A model generated the notes under the pieces. The model did no database searches, was not told the DNA's origin, and worked only from the letters and a program-made list of their open reading frames with translations. A DNA stretch of 64,000 nt, from contig OZ038379.1 of the NCBI GenBank assembly GCA_964036045.1, forward strand, positions 66,836,001 through 66,900,000. Direction: 5' to 3'. Position 1 is the first letter of the stretch. Each line of letters begins with the position of its first letter. A program made the translations under genes and the position numbers. Of the stretch, positions 61,357 through 64,000 are shown piece after piece. Source of the DNA: Eutreptiella sp. 'Long Island Sound 2002' (lineage: Eukaryota > Protista > Euglenida).

Positions 61357-61730
61357 GGGGTATGTTCTATGTGTTTTTGTGCTTGTGTAGGGAGGTTTCA
61401 TTTTTGGAAAGTTTGTTGAAATTTTTTTGGTTTAAATTTTAGTCGTAGCGACGCATAGTATTTGAAAGTTACAAAATTTAAACCAAACAATTAACCTCAA
61501 ATTTTAGAGCCAAGACCCATTTTAATGTTTTTACACATCAAGACGGGTGAACCCCCCGCCCCCCCCAAACCAAGGCGTAAATTAGTTGACAAACACACAA
61601 GGCACCCCGGAGGGGTGAGAATTTTCCCAAGCGACGCCTGTAACCCCCCGCAAAACGTGCATACTTTGGTTTAATCGTTTCATTTTTGCCCAAAATTAAA
61701 AATTATTGGATTTAAATTGGGTCTCTAGGG

Positions 61731-62520
61731 CTCCCACACAGCGGCGTATACACCCCAGTCCCTGCGGTCCTGCCTGGGACGCTTGGGGGATAGGGACGCC
61801 GCGTGGGAGCACTTGCGCTTTGCCCTCTCCGCCCCCCCACGAGCAGCGGAAACATCCGAGTCCCTCCGGTCCTGCCTGGGCCATTTGGGGGATAGGAGGG
61901 CCCCGGGGGAGCATTTGCACAATGCCCTCTACGCCCCCCCCCCCCCCCACACCGGCGGATACACCCAAGTCCCTCCGGTCTTGATTGGGCCGTTTGAGGG
62001 ATAGGAGCGCCCCGTGGGAGGAATTGCACAATGCCCTCTCCGTGCCCCCACACGGCGGCAAATACATCCTAGTCCCTCCGGTCCTGCCTTGGCCATTTGG
62101 GGGATAGGGACGCCTGTGGGAACAATTGCACGTTGCCCTCTTTGCCCCCCCAACATAGCAGTGGATATACCCGAGTCCCTCCGGTGCTGCTTGGGCCGTT
62201 TTGGGGGACAGGGGCGCCCTGGGGGAGGAATTGCACGTTGCCCTCTCTGTTCTACCACAGAGTGGCGGATACACCCGAGTCCAGGCAGGACCGGAGGCAC
62301 TCGGTTGTAACCGCCACTGTATGGGTGGTAGGAGGCCAAGCAGTAATCTCCGACGCCTCCCTCGGGGCGTCCCTATCCCCCGGACGGCCAAAGCATGACC
62401 GGAGGGCGGCGGGTGTATCCGCCACTGTGTGGGGGAATGGACGGGGCAACTTGCAATTGCCTCGCGGGGTGTCCATAACCCCCAAACGGGCCAGGCAGGA
62501 CCCGAGGGCCAGGGGATAGG
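61731..62520. repeat. ~105-bp satellite, right part (continuation after copy C)
   Basis: The same unit resumes at ctcccacacagcggcgtatacacccc. Confidence 0.9.
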
Positions 62521-64000
62521 GGCGTTCTCGTGAGGGACGGGCAAGGTCTGCGGGCCTTCCCTCCCTCCACGCAGCAGCAGATGTTATCGAGACCCTGAGG
62601 TCCGCCCCGGTCCCTTCGGGTGCTGGAGGTGCCCGTGGGGGTCGTGGATGAGAGAATTACCGGCCCATCCACACAAGCGTCGCAATGGGGGCTCCAGAGG
62701 AAGGACCCTAGCGTCACATCCCTACAGGGCGACCCGGGGGCCGGCACGGCCGGGAGAGAGCAGGGGGGGCGGTCACACCACCTAATGTCTGGGCGTCGTA
62801 CGATCCTGTGACCATCACGGTAAGGCATACCCCGGGGGGGGTCAAGATGACCCCCATGGAGGTGATAGCGGTGATCACCCTCAACGCAGGGCCCAACGCA
62901 GGGCGTCCGGTACCTCCTCCGGCCGCCCTCGGGCGACCTCGGGAAGTGAGTCCGCGGCGGCCTGGAGCAGCGCCTTGTCGCTGGCCACCGACTAGCTTTC
63001 TCGCAGACGCTGGTGTGCGGCCGATTGCCCGTGCTGGATAGCGTCCAGCAACGGGGTGTCCCGGTAGTCGGGTTCCCCGGGGAAGGCCAAGTCGATTGTT
63101 TGACTCATTTTGCGCTCTGTAGGTCCTGCAAAGAGAGGAGTACCCCGGTGCTCTACACCCCTCCCTATGCGGTGGAGGGCGGCAGACCGGAACGCGGACC
63201 CAATGAACGTCCCCTAACGATAACTACTCCTCGTCACCCAAGAGGGTGCGGGGGGGACGCCCACATGGGGCGGCCCGCCCCGCACCGAGTGGTCTACAGT
63301 TCACCGGAAGCCGCTGCCTGCATATTCCTCTAAGCAGGGGGATGGCGTCGAAGGCGCCTGAGCCCCCCGCATGGTAGCCTCGTCCTCATACGATCCATGT
63401 AGGACCGGAGGGATCCATGGTCCCAGACGGCACCGGGGGACCAGGACGTTTTCCTCGGTGGCCGCTAGGGGGCCCCTGGTCGAGTATCTGGAGAATACCA
63501 TGCATCCACGTCACTCGGACCTGGCCCGCAGCGTCATCTCGGGGTGCGCCCCGTTCGACACCCTAAGGCCGCGGAGACGCTTGGCGCGGATGCTCAAGGT
63601 GGACAAAACCCTTGCCGAATCGCCTAGCGCGCCAGAGCTCCACCACAGCACCATCAACGCGGTATTGCGTCCCATAGCCCCATGCCTCTTCCCTGGCTGC
63701 CAAGCCGACTAGGATCGCCTCGGGGCCAAGGACCAAATACGGCTTCTTTCGGCCATGTCCAAACGGCCTACGGAATTCGTGCATCACATGTCCGGCACCG
63801 GGAACGAATTATGGGCTGGGCTTAGGGTATGGGCTTCCCGGCAAGTGGGCGGCGCTAGCGTGGGGGTACCGGTAACCCAACTACCAAAGGGGTTACCAGA
63901 AATTCAGGACTGGCCCTTGGAGGTTCTCCGGGGCGCTTTCGAGGCCTCCATCGTACCAATTACCACGGTAGAGGCTATGGGGGAATTGCCGGGCGATATC

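Larger units (their letters stand above)
57332..61730 (+). mobile_element. Transposon copy C, complete ends, 4,399 bp, 2-bp TSD (CT)
   Basis: CCCTAGAGACCCACGATAAATCCAA vs reverse complement CCCTAGAGACCCAATTTAAATCCAA. Flanks aaccaCT| and |CTcccacac restore the satellite unit aaccactcccacac. Confidence 0.9.

Overview
This is repeat-dense eukaryotic DNA with GT-AG introns and no prokaryotic operons; the taxon cannot be determined from the sequence. It is almost entirely nested, decayed transposons and satellites. (1) 1-14.3 kb (-): one fragmented Helitron RepHel gene (DUF6570-like, Rep, linker, PIF1 helicase, Zn-finger-like motif). It is split by a 1.65-kb TIR element carrying a 2OG-Fe(II) dioxygenase-like ORF and by a 6.35-kb TIR-bounded insert. 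That insert holds 78-bp and 52-bp tandem arrays and a circularly permuted second helicase copy ending in a J-domain. (2) 14.5-15.9 kb (+): a head-to-head deleted Helitron derivative. (3) 15.9-29.5 kb: a hairpin-rich ~600-bp satellite with CAG tracts and one exactly inverted unit. (4) 29.4-34.5 kb: a spliced P-type-ATPase-like relic and hAT transposase fragments. (5) 36.6-61.7 kb: four copies or fragments of a TIR transposon family (C-x-x-TAGAGACC ends, 2-bp TSD) with an intron-containing RAG1/Transib-like DDE transposase and downstream exons encoding a Tudor-like domain. Copy A is interrupted by a nearly intact 5-kb RT-RNase H-CCHC non-LTR retrotransposon between two equal (GA)33 tracts. (6) Further 42-, ~100- and 105-bp tandem repeats. 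No rRNA, tRNA or CRISPR was seen. All protein assignments are by-eye motif recognition, not database hits.
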